Assembly: GCA_001604035.1 (NCBI GenBank)
Contig: LVAK01000027.1
Coordinates: 26-64,025, forward strand
DNA: 64,000 nt
Direction: 5' to 3'
Source: Clostridiales bacterium Firm_05
GTDB taxonomy: Bacteria; Bacillota; Clostridia; Oscillospirales; Ruminococcaceae
Within the stretch, counting starts at the first letter, position 1; every line of letters begins with the position of its first letter. Both the position numbers and the translations under genes were made by a program. The notes beneath the pieces are model-generated. The model made no database searches, had not been told where the DNA came from, and saw only the letters and a program-made list of their open reading frames with translations. Of the stretch, positions 29,644 through 40,060 are shown one piece after another.

Positions 29644-30633
29644 ATGATTTTTTTGAAAAAAATTTCAGCAGCAGCTCTGTTATTGGCGATCATGGCTATA
29701 TCAGGCGGATGCTCGTTTAAAAAGACTGAAAAGGCAGAGGATGTCGTTCCGACAGCAGCCTCTGTGAGTGAAGCGACAGAGGAGGAAAGCAATACCGAGG
29801 CAGCTTCTTCCGGTGAAAAAGCAACTGAACCTCCTGCAAAGAACGATGACCAGCTCAAGGCGGAGCCGGGGAAATATGTCTACGACCTTGCACACCTTAT
29901 GAACGATGAGCAGAAAAAGAGCTGCGAGGAGTTTGTCGACGGAATTTACAGGGACTATATGCTGAATGCGGCAGTAGTCACCGTCAGCGACCTTAAGGAC
30001 AAAGCTCCCTATACATATGCAGCCGAAGCCTATTTCACCATTTACGGCGGAGATGGGAACGGCCTGCTCTTCCTGATAAATAATGACACAAATGAGGATT
30101 TCCTCTATAAGACAGGTATCTGTACCCACAATATAGATACAGAAGCTGAAAAGACAGCTTTCTTCACAGCCACAAGGGATATCGTCAACGGTGACTATAC
30201 AGCTGCGGTCACAGGGATAATGGGACTTGGAAAGAGCTGTCCTGCAAGAGTATTCGATGAGGCGGAGGCATTCAGCAATGCAGATGCTGCGGATATAGAT
30301 AAGCTGCTGTCAGCTTCGGATACTCCGGCAGCAGTTGCGGCAATAAAGACAGAAAAGAACGGCAAGGATGTCCAGACACTTGCCAAGGAGCTTCACGAGA
30401 GACATTTCAAGGACGGAAAAGGAATAATGATCGTCATTGATACTGTTTCAAAGAAAACAGCGGCCTATTCAAATGAACAGCTCACGGCAGGCTTTGACCA
30501 GAGCCTGAAAAATGCTGATGCGAGCGCAGCAAAAAGCGAATGGGGCAAGGCTGCTCTGGAAGCAGCAGCACCGCTTGGCAAAAATAACAGCACTGGGGCT
30601 GCGACTGAGGTAACGACAGCAAAAAATAACTGA
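29644..30633 (+). CDS. TPM-domain lipoprotein
   Basis: Lipobox-like SGGC; YVYDLAHLM...AVVTV...GNGLLFLI TPM pattern, apparently twice. Confidence 0.7.
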   Translation: MIFLKKISAAALLLAIMAISGGCSFKKTEKAEDVVPTAASVSEATEEESNTEAASSGEKATEPPAKNDDQLKAEPGKYVYDLAHLMNDEQKKSCEEFVDGIYRDYMLNAAVVTVSDLKDKAPYTYAAEAYFTIYGGDGNGLLFLINNDTNEDFLYKTGICTHNIDTEAEKTAFFTATRDIVNGDYTAAVTGIMGLGKSCPARVFDEAEAFSNADAADIDKLLSASDTPAAVAAIKTEKNGKDVQTLAKELHERHFKDGKGIMIVIDTVSKKTAAYSNEQLTAGFDQSLKNADASAAKSEWGKAALEAAAPLGKNNSTGAATEVTTAKNN

Positions 30634-30656
30634 TACTATCAGAAGGAGGGGCTCAT

Positions 30657-32516
30657 ATGCCGCCAGTAGGAGGTCCGAGGGGCGCCGCTTTTCTCACGGA
30701 TGAGGAGAAAAAGAATGCGCCGAAGGTAACAAAAGGTCTGCTCAAGCGTATATTCTCATATCTTCTGCCATACTGGAAGCAGATGATAATCGTATTCATA
30801 GCCATAGTCATATCATCAGTGCTGAACCTGCTGCCGTCAGTCCTCACCGGTAAGATCATCGATGAGGGACTTATCGGCAGGAGCATGAACAAGCTTATAT
30901 TTTATATAGTACTGTCGCTTGCGGTAACACTGGGAGCTAACCTGATAGGTGTTCTTGAGAGCTATATGAACACCTGGATAGCCCAGCATATAACCTTTGA
31001 TATGCGGAACAAGATGTACCGGCATCTGCAAAAAATGTCACAGCGTTTCTTCACCTCCAACAATCAGGGTGATATCATTACGAGAATGACCAGTGATATC
31101 TCAGGCGTACAGCAGATAATAACAAATACACTTACAAGTATACTGTCCAACTCCATAACGCTGATAGTTGCTTTGATAGTGATGTTCCGTGCGAACTGGA
31201 TACTGGCAATAGTCGGTATAGTAGTCATACCGCTGTTCGTTATCCCTACAAGAACAGCCGGCAAGACACGCTGGACTATAACGAAGGAGTCGCAGGCCTG
31301 CAGCGATGAGATAAACGGCATACTCAATGAGACCATGTCTGTCAGCGGACAGCTCCTTGTCAAGCTTTTTGGTACTGAGGAGAAGGAGTATCAGAAGTAT
31401 GAGGACGTTAACCGCCGGATGATAAAGCTGAACATCCGTGAGGGAATGGCTGGACGCTGGTTCAGGGTAGCACTCAGCACCTTTTCAAGCATAGGACCTA
31501 TGCTTATCTATCTTGCCGGAGGAATACTCATGATGAAGTACGACTCATCTCTGACAGTGGGTGACATCACAGTTCTTGTGGCACTTCTCGGAAAGATGTA
31601 CGGCCCTGTGAATCAGCTCCTGAACATACAGGTTGACTGGATACGCTCAATGGCAATGTTCACAAGAATATTCGATTACTATGATATGCCTGTAGAGATA
31701 GAGAATGCTCCCGACGCAGTAAAGCCTTCTGAGCCTGCACAGGGCAGAGTAGAGTTCAGAAATGTGGGCTTTTACTATGACAAGGAGCGACAGATACTTG
31801 ACGACGTAAGCTTTAAGCTGGACAGCGGAAAGTGCATAGCCGTGGTAGGTCCTTCCGGCTCGGGAAAGAGCACACTTGTAAATCTTATACCGAGACTTTA
31901 TGATGTTACAGCAGGTACAGTCACCTTTGACGGCACTGATGTCCGGAAGATCGATCTTGGATATCTCCGTGACAATATAGGCATCGTCAGTCAGGAGACA
32001 TACCTTTTCAACGGTACTATAAGGGACAATCTGCTCTACGCAAAGCCTGACGCAACAGAGGAGGAGCTTATTGAGGCCTGCAAGAAGGCGAACATCTATG
32101 ATTTCATACAGAATCAGGAAACAGGCCTGGATACAGTGGTCGGCAACAGGGGACTAAAGCTCTCCGGCGGTGAGAAGCAGAGAATATCCATAGCGAGGGT
32201 ACTGCTGAAGAATCCTGCGCTGATGATATTTGACGAGGCAACATCCGCACTTGATTCCATATCCGAGCAGAAGATACAGGATGCGATAGAGCCTCTTATA
32301 ACATCAAGAACGAGCATCCTCATTGCCCACAGACTGTCAACGATACTTGCTGCTGACGAGATACTTGTCATAAGCAACGGAGGGATTGCTGAGCGTGGAA
32401 CACACAGTGAGCTAGTGGCAAAGGGCGGAGTATACGCTCAGCTTTACGAGACACAGTTCAGCAAGGCTGCTCAGGTAACAGACAAATTCGACTATACCGA
32501 GGGCGAGGGAGAATAA
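30657..32516 (+). CDS. ABC transporter, fused permease/ATP-binding
   Basis: Six TM segments, [27 protein letters not shown]. Confidence 0.95.
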   Translation: MPPVGGPRGAAFLTDEEKKNAPKVTKGLLKRIFSYLLPYWKQMIIVFIAIVISSVLNLLPSVLTGKIIDEGLIGRSMNKLIFYIVLSLAVTLGANLIGVLESYMNTWIAQHITFDMRNKMYRHLQKMSQRFFTSNNQGDIITRMTSDISGVQQIITNTLTSILSNSITLIVALIVMFRANWILAIVGIVVIPLFVIPTRTAGKTRWTITKESQACSDEINGILNETMSVSGQLLVKLFGTEEKEYQKYEDVNRRMIKLNIREGMAGRWFRVALSTFSSIGPMLIYLAGGILMMKYDSSLTVGDITVLVALLGKMYGPVNQLLNIQVDWIRSMAMFTRIFDYYDMPVEIENAPDAVKPSEPAQGRVEFRNVGFYYDKERQILDDVSFKLDSGKCIAVVGPSGSGKSTLVNLIPRLYDVTAGTVTFDGTDVRKIDLGYLRDNIGIVSQETYLFNGTIRDNLLYAKPDATEEELIEACKKANIYDFIQNQETGLDTVVGNRGLKLSGGEKQRISIARVLLKNPALMIFDEATSALDSISEQKIQDAIEPLITSRTSILIAHRLSTILAADEILVISNGGIAERGTHSELVAKGGVYAQLYETQFSKAAQVTDKFDYTEGEGE

Positions 32517-32587
32517 ACGACATTATTCCCGTTGACAAAAGCGGAATTTCTGATATAATCAAGCTATAGCAGAAAGGAAGGATACAT

Positions 32588-33280
32588 ATGAGCGAAAGAG
32601 ATTTTTTCAAGCAGACATTCGATCATCTGCCGGCAGTGGTGCCAAAGGATGAGGATGTCAGGGAGCAGGTAGCGGAAGTATTGTACGACTTCATGCAGCT
32701 CCAGCATTTGTACGATTCAGCAATAGAAGTTGTAAGGACGTATCTCAGCATTATCGACAACGAGTTCAGCGTAAAGTTCCAGCGGAATCCCATACATAAT
32801 ATTGACAGCCGTCTGAAATCGCCGCAGTCAATAATAGGCAAGCTCCAGAAAAAGGATCTTCCCCTGACAACAGAGGCTGCGAAGAAGAACCTGCTGGATA
32901 TAGCCGGCATAAGAGTGACCTGTTATTATATCACGGATATATACTCTATAGTGGATATGCTGTCACGCAGGGATGACTTCACAATAATCAAGCAGAAGGA
33001 CTATATACAAAATCCCAAGCCCAGCGGCTACAGGAGCTATCATATGATAGTGAACGTACCTGTTTATCTTTCAACCCATAAGACATATGCTCCGGTGGAG
33101 ATACAGATACGCACCATAGCAATGGATTTCTGGGCAAGCCTTGAGCATCAGCTCAAATACAAGACCACTGCCGCTATACCTCCGGAGATATCTGAGGAGC
33201 TCCGTGACTGTGCAGACCGTATCGCACAGACTGATATGGAGATGCAGCGGATATTCATGGAGATAAGTGATCTGACTTAG
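32588..33280 (+). CDS. Small alarmone synthetase (RelA/SpoT domain GTP pyrophosphokinase)
   Basis: SRLKSPQSI, DIAGIRV, KDYIQNPKPSGYRSYH, EIQIRTIAMDFWASLEH. Confidence 0.92.
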   Translation: MSERDFFKQTFDHLPAVVPKDEDVREQVAEVLYDFMQLQHLYDSAIEVVRTYLSIIDNEFSVKFQRNPIHNIDSRLKSPQSIIGKLQKKDLPLTTEAAKKNLLDIAGIRVTCYYITDIYSIVDMLSRRDDFTIIKQKDYIQNPKPSGYRSYHMIVNVPVYLSTHKTYAPVEIQIRTIAMDFWASLEHQLKYKTTAAIPPEISEELRDCADRIAQTDMEMQRIFMEISDLT

Positions 33281-33450
33281 CACCAGAAAAACTGCTTTCT
33301 TCTTTCCGAAAACTAATATCTGGAAAACGCAGCTCCGGCTGCGTTTTTACATTATTCGGCAAAATGAAGCAAAAAGATACAATTTTGACCTGTTCCCAAT
33401 GCAGAGGTAACGTGGTATAATGTAAGAAGAAAAAAGAAAGGAGAACACAA

Positions 33451-33753
33451 ATGTTCAGCATTGTAAGAAAGATAAAGCGTGAAGTCAGTGACAGGACAGT
33501 GTATATGGAGGTCTACGGCGACAACAAGGTCGCCTACAGAGTTACGGCGGGAAAGATCAGCTTTTTCGGTGACAGTGTGTACACATACGGAGTTGAGGCC
33601 GAGGATAAGTGCAGCGGTGAAAAGGAGTCTATCCCTGACTTTTCAAGAAACGTGGAGGATGCCGTTGACTTCACGGAGATGTTGATAAACGGAAAAATAA
33701 GACCGAAACAGCTCTATTCTAAGGCTTTGAACTATCTCTGCATATCGATATAG
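33451..33753 (+). CDS. Hypothetical protein (DUF6514-like)
   Basis: YTYGVEAE...SIPDFS; RBS AAGGAG. Confidence 0.65.
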   Translation: MFSIVRKIKREVSDRTVYMEVYGDNKVAYRVTAGKISFFGDSVYTYGVEAEDKCSGEKESIPDFSRNVEDAVDFTEMLINGKIRPKQLYSKALNYLCISI

Positions 33754-33842
33754 GAAAAAATTTCCTGAATGGTATGGACAAACTGCTCATTTTGTGATAC
33801 AATAAATAAGCCATAAAACATAAACAGAAGGGAGAAGTCAAA

Positions 33843-34076
33843 ATGGCAGAGTTAAAATATGAGATCACAGAAGAGATCGGAGTTCTTTCTGAGAACGCAA
33901 AAGGATGGAAAAAAGAGCTTAACATGGTAAGCTGGAACGAGCATGAGCCTAAGTATGATATTCGTGAGTGGGCTCCGGATCATTCAAGAATGGGCAAGGG
34001 CGTTACACTTACAGCTGACGAGCTTGCAGAGCTTAAGGAGCTTTTAAAGGATATCGACCTTGATTCTTTTGAATAA
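33843..34076 (+). CDS. PC4/YdbC family ssDNA-binding protein
   Basis: GWKKELNMVSWN...PKYDIREW..DH.RMGKGVTL. Confidence 0.9.
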   Translation: MAELKYEITEEIGVLSENAKGWKKELNMVSWNEHEPKYDIREWAPDHSRMGKGVTLTADELAELKELLKDIDLDSFE

Positions 34077-34082
34077 TGACAA

Positions 34083-34203
34083 AAAGCACCGTTCAGGTGC
34101 TTGAGAATGCAAAAATGTTTCGGGACGCCGGGGGCGGCGTCCCCTACAAAACCCAATATGCAGAATAGCTGTATCTACAGACTAAAGCACCGTTCAGGTG
34201 CTT
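34083..34203. repeat. GTAG-type REP-like palindrome between two identical 20-bp hairpins
   Basis: AAAGCACCGTTCAGGTGCTT at 34083 and 34184; minus-strand GTAGGGGACGCCGCCCCCGGCGTCCCG at 34121-34147. Confidence 0.7.
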
Positions 34204-34251
34204 TTTTGTTATATGAAAAACCGGACGCATATAAGTGCGTCCGGTTTATAA

Positions 34252-35442
34252 TCAGTCAAGCACAGGTATAAGTGCTGCAGCGTTTATCTTAGCTGAATAC
34301 TCAGCAGCCTGAGTAAATGTAAGCTTATCCTCAGTGATGAAGGAGATGCCGTCCTCATGCTCATATGAGCCCTCAGGCGTATCAGATCCGGCAGGAACAC
34401 GGAAGTACCAGCGTGAAGTGAAGTTGTCGATATCGTCAACAAAACTGTCGTTGTCTGAGGATTCCCATGACTGGGAGAAAACAGTGATCTTGTGCTTTGC
34501 AGCTTCGATAACGTCACCCATAACAGCACTTGCGGTAGGGAGCTTACCAGCGCCTCTGCCGTAGAACATAGCCTGATCTATGCCGTCACCATAAACGAGA
34601 ACAGCGTTGAATACGTCATTAACTCCGGCCATTATGTTCTCGTGGGAAACGAGCATAGGCATAACAGCAGGAAGGATCTTGCCGTTTGGCTGATGTGTAA
34701 CAGTTGCAACGAGCTTTATAGCGTATCCGAGAACATCGGCAGCAGCCACATCACTGAGCTGTATCTTGGAGATGCCCTTTGTATAGACGCTCTTAGGATA
34801 TACGTGTTTGCCGAATACAAGTGAAGAGATAATGCAGATCTTGCGGCAGGCATCGTGGCCTTCAATATCGGCTGTAGGATCCTTTTCAGCGTATCCCAGC
34901 TTCTGAGCGAGAGCAAGAGCCTCTTCAAAAGTCATATTGTCGTTGTACATCTTTGTGAGGATGAAGTTTGTCGTACCGTTGAGGATACCTGCTACCTTAG
35001 TGATATCATTAGCTGCAAGGCAGCGGTGGAGAGGACGGATTATCGGGATAGCTCCGCCGACGCTTGCCTCAAAGAAGAAGTTGCAGTTGTGTTCTTTGGC
35101 AGCCTTGAGGAGGATATCTCCTTTTTCTGCTACCAGCTCCTTATTGGAAGTTGCAACACTTTTGCCCTTTTCAAGGCATGACTTTACGAAAGTGAAAGCC
35201 GGCTCAACGCCTCCCATACACTCAGCAACGCAGGTAACCTCATCGTCGTTGAGGATATCATTGAAGTCCTTTGTGAACTTGTCCTTATAAGGGGAATCGG
35301 GGAAGTCCCTGAGATCGAGGATATACTTTATATCCATTTCAGTACCGGCTCTTTTTTCGATACTGTTCTTATTTTTATAGAAGAGCTCGACAACGCCTGA
35401 GCCCACAACACCGTGACCTAAAACTGCAAATTTGACTGACAT
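34252..35442 (-). CDS. hom: Homoserine dehydrogenase
   Basis: LGHGVVGSG, VATSNK, FEASVGGAIP, GILNGTTNFIL, GYAEKDPTADIEG, YGRGAGKLPTASAV. Confidence 0.95.
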   Translation of the reverse strand: MSVKFAVLGHGVVGSGVVELFYKNKNSIEKRAGTEMDIKYILDLRDFPDSPYKDKFTKDFNDILNDDEVTCVAECMGGVEPAFTFVKSCLEKGKSVATSNKELVAEKGDILLKAAKEHNCNFFFEASVGGAIPIIRPLHRCLAANDITKVAGILNGTTNFILTKMYNDNMTFEEALALAQKLGYAEKDPTADIEGHDACRKICIISSLVFGKHVYPKSVYTKGISKIQLSDVAAADVLGYAIKLVATVTHQPNGKILPAVMPMLVSHENIMAGVNDVFNAVLVYGDGIDQAMFYGRGAGKLPTASAVMGDVIEAAKHKITVFSQSWESSDNDSFVDDIDNFTSRWYFRVPAGSDTPEGSYEHEDGISFITEDKLTFTQAAEYSAKINAAALIPVLD

Positions 35443-35461
35443 AGAATGAACCTCCTGAGAA

Positions 35462-35905
35462 CTATTCAGCGGAGAGGATCCTGACCTCGAGAACGCCGTT
35501 GAGTTCAGTTATTGAATTGAGTGAAGCAAGCTCGTCCTCGGATTCACCGGAAAGACGCAGCGAAATATTAACAGCTGCCGCACCGTCAACAGGTATGCTC
35601 TGGTTGACAGTAAGGATGTTTGCGTTCATATTATGAAGAAAAACGAGTGCGCTTGACAGAACGCCGGGGCTGTCATTGAGCAGGAGATAGAGGTTGACTA
35701 TCTTTCTGGTATACAGCTCCTCATATGAAAAAACACTGTCTTTGTACTTATAGTATGCGCTTCTTGATATGCCGACACGCTTGCAGGCAGATGCTGAGCT
35801 CTTTTCGTCTTTTTTAGCGAGGAGCTTTTTTACTTCGAGGACTTTTGTAAAGACCTCCGGAAGGATATCTGCCTCAGCAACGATCAGCTGAGATCTTCTG
35901 TTCAT
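35462..35905 (-). CDS. ACT domain protein (PheB-like)
   Basis: SACKRVGISRSAYYKYKD, PGVLS, NILTVNQSIP. Confidence 0.85.
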   Translation of the reverse strand: MNRRSQLIVAEADILPEVFTKVLEVKKLLAKKDEKSSASACKRVGISRSAYYKYKDSVFSYEELYTRKIVNLYLLLNDSPGVLSSALVFLHNMNANILTVNQSIPVDGAAAVNISLRLSGESEDELASLNSITELNGVLEVRILSAE

Positions 35906-36212
35906 ACTGAAACTCCATAAATTTTATTATAAATCGTCCGCCACAGGCGTACAATTGTATTTTACTTATATACTATAACATTTTTTCAGAAAAAAGTCAA
36001 GAGCAGCAAGCCGATTTTTCACTTAGTTAACAAAAAACGTCGGAAATAAGCAATAAATAATATGAGACATTGAAAATCAGTTATTTTTGCATAAATATAA
36101 AAAGCGATACCGGATATTATTAATACGATCATACAATTGAAATTTATTGAAAAATGTTGTATAATATAATTTGTTATACAATTAAGTGTTGTTAAAATAA
36201 TAGGGGGAAAGT

Positions 36213-37781
36213 ATGGAAGAAACTTCTAATGATATGATAAGCGATCCTTCGGAAAAGAAAAACGGCCCTCCGTCAGGTGACGGCAGACCGGGCGGTCCAC
36301 CTCCGGGAGCAGGAGGGAAGGGCGGTCCGCCGCCCGGAGGTGGAAGACCAGGAGGCCCTCCGCCGGGAGCAAACGGCGCAGGAAATCCGCTTGGAACTGA
36401 AAATGTCAGATCACTGATGATGAGATTTGCGATACCCAGTATAGTTGGTATGCTGGTAAGCGCTCTGTACAATATGGTCGATCAGTTCTTTATCGGCCGT
36501 AAGGTGGGAACACTTGGAAATACAGCAACGTCTATTGCATTTCCGTTCACTACCGGATGTATGGCACTTGCACTGCTGTTCGGAATAGGAGGAGCATCCT
36601 GCTTTAATCTTGCAATGGGAATGGGTGACAAAAAGAAAGCCGGATATTATGTAGGAAATGCGCTCACCATGCTGGTAGGCTGCGGAGTAGTGCTCTGCGT
36701 CATAACGTTAGGCTTCCTGACACCAATGCTTAAGGTATTCGGAGCATCAGCAAATGTAATGCCATATGCAAAGGACTATGTAAGCATTACTGCCATAGGT
36801 TTTCCGTTCCTGATACTCACTACGGGCGGAGGACATCTCATAAGAGCTGACGGCAGCCCGAAAATGACGATGATATGCAATATTACCGGTGCTGTTATAA
36901 ATACGGTACTTGATGCAGTATTTGTAATGGGCATGGACTGGGGAATGAAGGGAGCAGCCTGGGCAACTGTTATAGGAGAGATGATCTCTGCTGTCATGGT
37001 TGTGGCATACATGAGGGGATTCAAGACAGTTCCTCTTGAGAAATATCATTTCAAGCCTGTAACTGATCATACAAGAAGAGTTATCTCTATAGGTATGGCT
37101 TCATTCTTTAATCAGGTAGCGATCGCTGTAGTACAGATAGTCCTGAATAATTCACTCAAGAAATATGGAGAGCTTTCAGAATACGGAGCAGATGATCCGC
37201 AGGCTTGTGCCGGAATCGTAATGAAGGTGAATATGATAGTATTCGCTATAGTTATCGGACTGGCACAGGGTACACAGCCTATCGAGAGCTACAACTACGG
37301 TGCAAGGAACTACCGCCGTGTACGTGAAGCATACTGGATGGCAGTAAAGGCAGGTGCGCTTATATCAGTCATAGCCTTTGTACTGTTCCAGACTATGCCG
37401 AGACAGATACTTGCTGCCTTTGCTAATTCTGATGCAAGCAGCGGATATTATGAGTTCGGTGCGAAGTTCTTCAGGATATTCCTGTTCTTCACGTGGCTCA
37501 ACTGTCTCCAGCCGATAACCTCCACTTTCTTTACGTCCATAGGAAAGCCGATAAAGGGAGTTATACTTTCACTTACAAGACAGATAATATTCTTCGTGCC
37601 GATACTGATAGTTCTTCCGATGTTCATTGGCATAGACGGAATACTATTCACAGGCCCGATAGCGGATCTGCTCTCGGCACTTGTGGCCATATCCCTTGTT
37701 ACAATTGAGTTCAAGTCAATGGATATGTTTGAAGAGCTGATAAAACAGGGCAAAAAGCCTGAATGGTGGCGGCATTTTTAA
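36213..37781 (+). CDS. MATE family efflux transporter with Gly/Pro-rich N-terminal extension
   Basis: FAIPSIVGMLVSALYNMVDQFFIG, RADGSPK, QPIESYNYGA; GGPPPG repeats. Confidence 0.92.
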   Translation: MEETSNDMISDPSEKKNGPPSGDGRPGGPPPGAGGKGGPPPGGGRPGGPPPGANGAGNPLGTENVRSLMMRFAIPSIVGMLVSALYNMVDQFFIGRKVGTLGNTATSIAFPFTTGCMALALLFGIGGASCFNLAMGMGDKKKAGYYVGNALTMLVGCGVVLCVITLGFLTPMLKVFGASANVMPYAKDYVSITAIGFPFLILTTGGGHLIRADGSPKMTMICNITGAVINTVLDAVFVMGMDWGMKGAAWATVIGEMISAVMVVAYMRGFKTVPLEKYHFKPVTDHTRRVISIGMASFFNQVAIAVVQIVLNNSLKKYGELSEYGADDPQACAGIVMKVNMIVFAIVIGLAQGTQPIESYNYGARNYRRVREAYWMAVKAGALISVIAFVLFQTMPRQILAAFANSDASSGYYEFGAKFFRIFLFFTWLNCLQPITSTFFTSIGKPIKGVILSLTRQIIFFVPILIVLPMFIGIDGILFTGPIADLLSALVAISLVTIEFKSMDMFEELIKQGKKPEWWRHF

Positions 37782-38018
37782 GTATAATAAGTAAAAAGGG
37801 TGTGATAAGGAAGACTTATCACACCCTTTAAAATGCTGCAAATGTTTTGGGATACTGAGAGCAGAGTCTCATAAAAAAGCTACGCAAATGCGTGAGCCGA
37901 CCAATTAATGAATATTGAATAATGAATAATACAGAAACGCCTGACAGCAATATCATGATTTATAAATTATTCACTATTCATTATAAATTAAGCCCATCAT
38001 ATAAGTGACGGGCTTTTC

Positions 38019-38093
38019 TGGTTGGGGCAGCGGGATTTGAACCCACGGATGACAGAGTCAAAGTCTGTTGCCTTACCGCTTGGCTATGCCCCA
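38019..38093 (-). tRNA. tRNA-Gln (anticodon TTG) with encoded CCA
   Basis: Reverse complement TGGGGCATAGCCAAGCGGTAAGGCAACAGACTTTGACTCTGTCATCCGTGGGTTCAAATCCCGCTGCCCCAACCA folds as a cloverleaf. Confidence 0.97.
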
Positions 38094-38259
38094 GCAATAC
38101 CTAATTATTATACCAAATAATTAAATATAAATCAATAGCACTATAAATATTTTTTTTTATTAACTATAAGAGTGCAGCGAATGATGATTGCAAAAAAAGA
38201 AAAAATATGTTAAAATCAGAATATGCTTTGCTTTATATTACGATCAGGATGTGAAATTT

Positions 38260-38928
38260 ATGAAGAAAATATTACTCGTTGAAGATGATAAAAGTATTAT
38301 AGCCAATCTCTCGGAATTTCTTAAAAAGGAAGGCTTTTCGGTCGTCAATGCTGAAGGACAGGCCAGAGCGCTGGAGATAATCAGTGAAGAGCAGTTCGAT
38401 CTGGTCTTGCTGGACGTATCACTTGCTGACGGAAACGGTTTTGCTGTATGCTCGGCAATAAAATCTGAATCCAGCACCCCTGTGATATTCCTGACAGCCT
38501 CAGGCGACGAATACAGCACGGTTACCGGCTTTGAGCTGGGAGCGGATGACTATATAGCTAAGCCGTTCCGTCCGAGGGAGCTCATACTGCGTATAAAGAA
38601 CATCCTCCGTCTTACAGGAGGTACAGGCTCCGTGACTAAGCTTGGGGATGTGACGATAGATACCGAAAAGGGGATAGCCTCACGCAATGGCAATGACCTT
38701 TATCTGTCTGCACTTGAATACAGGCTGCTGCTGGTATTTCTTAATAACAGGGGAACAGTCCTGTCGAGGAATCAGCTTCTTGAAGCGATCTGGGATATTG
38801 CCGGTGAGTTCGTGAATGACAATACCCTCACTGTATATATAAAGAGGCTAAGAGATAAGATCGAGAAAGATCCTCAGGATCCGCAGATCATAAAAACGAT
38901 CCGTGGACTTGGATACAGGGTGGACTGA
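38260..38928 (+). CDS. OmpR family response regulator
   Basis: ILLVEDD, LLDVSL.DG, GADDYIAKPF, KTIRGLGY. Confidence 0.95.
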   Translation: MKKILLVEDDKSIIANLSEFLKKEGFSVVNAEGQARALEIISEEQFDLVLLDVSLADGNGFAVCSAIKSESSTPVIFLTASGDEYSTVTGFELGADDYIAKPFRPRELILRIKNILRLTGGTGSVTKLGDVTIDTEKGIASRNGNDLYLSALEYRLLLVFLNNRGTVLSRNQLLEAIWDIAGEFVNDNTLTVYIKRLRDKIEKDPQDPQIIKTIRGLGYRVD

Positions 38929-39932
38929 TGATAAAGATATTGAAAAATGCAGAGCTTTCGCTCTCGTTGAAACTTATGCTGCTGATAACAGTTCTCGGCT
39001 CGGTATACGGCTTCAGCCGGGACAGTCTTACCGGGGCGGTATTTCTTTCATCAGGTCTTATGATGTCCGTTATACATCTTATCTGCAATGCCTACAGACT
39101 GTCAAGGCTCAAAGCAATGTCCATAGATGTAGGCAGGATCCTTCATGGTGATGAGGATGTTAACTTCAATGCTTACACAGAGGGTGAGACTGCCATACTT
39201 GAATGTGAGCTCAGCAAGATGACGATAATGCTCCGGGAACAGCAGCAGAACCTGAAAAATGACAAGGTATACCTTGCGGATTCACTTGCAGATATATCAC
39301 ATCAGCTCAGAACACCGCTCACATCGCTTAATCTCATCAATTCACTGCTCTCCCGTCCGGACTGTACTGAGGAGAAGCGCAGGGAGCTTATGATCGAGAT
39401 GAGGGGGCTGCTGGGACGGATAGACTGGCTGATAACAGCCCTTCTCAATATGTCCAAGCTTGATGCAGGAACAGTAAAATTCCGGCAGGAGACTATATCT
39501 ATGAAGGATTTTCTCAGCAAAGCCACAATGCCGATACAGATACCTATGGAGCTGCGTGAACAGAAGCTGATAATAGAAGCTGATGGGGAGTTTTCAGGAG
39601 ATATACACTGGACGTGTGAGGCAGTGGGCAACATTATAAAGAACTGCATGGAGCATACTCCTGACGGCGGCAGGATAACTGTCATAGGAAATGATAATCC
39701 GCTGTATACAGAGATCGTTATAACTGATACAGGCTGCGGCATCTCAAAGGAGGATCTGCCCCACATATTTGAGAGGTTCTATAAGGGAAAGGATTCCGGC
39801 GACAGCAGCTACGGCATAGGCCTTGCGCTGGCAAGGAAGATAGTTACCAGCCAGAACGGTACGCTTAAGGCATTTGATCCTCCTGGAGGAGGAGCCGGAT
39901 TTGAGATGCGCTTTTATAAGGGAACGATATAG
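38928..39932 (+). CDS. Sensor histidine kinase (short, intramembrane-sensing type)
   Basis: Two closely spaced TMs; DISHQLRTPL, NIIKNCMEH, DTGCGI, GIGLA. Confidence 0.93.
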   Translation: MIKILKNAELSLSLKLMLLITVLGSVYGFSRDSLTGAVFLSSGLMMSVIHLICNAYRLSRLKAMSIDVGRILHGDEDVNFNAYTEGETAILECELSKMTIMLREQQQNLKNDKVYLADSLADISHQLRTPLTSLNLINSLLSRPDCTEEKRRELMIEMRGLLGRIDWLITALLNMSKLDAGTVKFRQETISMKDFLSKATMPIQIPMELREQKLIIEADGEFSGDIHWTCEAVGNIIKNCMEHTPDGGRITVIGNDNPLYTEIVITDTGCGISKEDLPHIFERFYKGKDSGDSSYGIGLALARKIVTSQNGTLKAFDPPGGGAGFEMRFYKGTI

Positions 39933-40060
39933 TGACAGAATTGTTATTTTTAAGTCACGGTAAAGTCACATAGGTCTGATATAATAACATCATCGAAAGG
40001 AAATACACCAGAATTTTTATGGCTGACATGGCCTGAAAAATACTATCAAGGAGAAATGTT

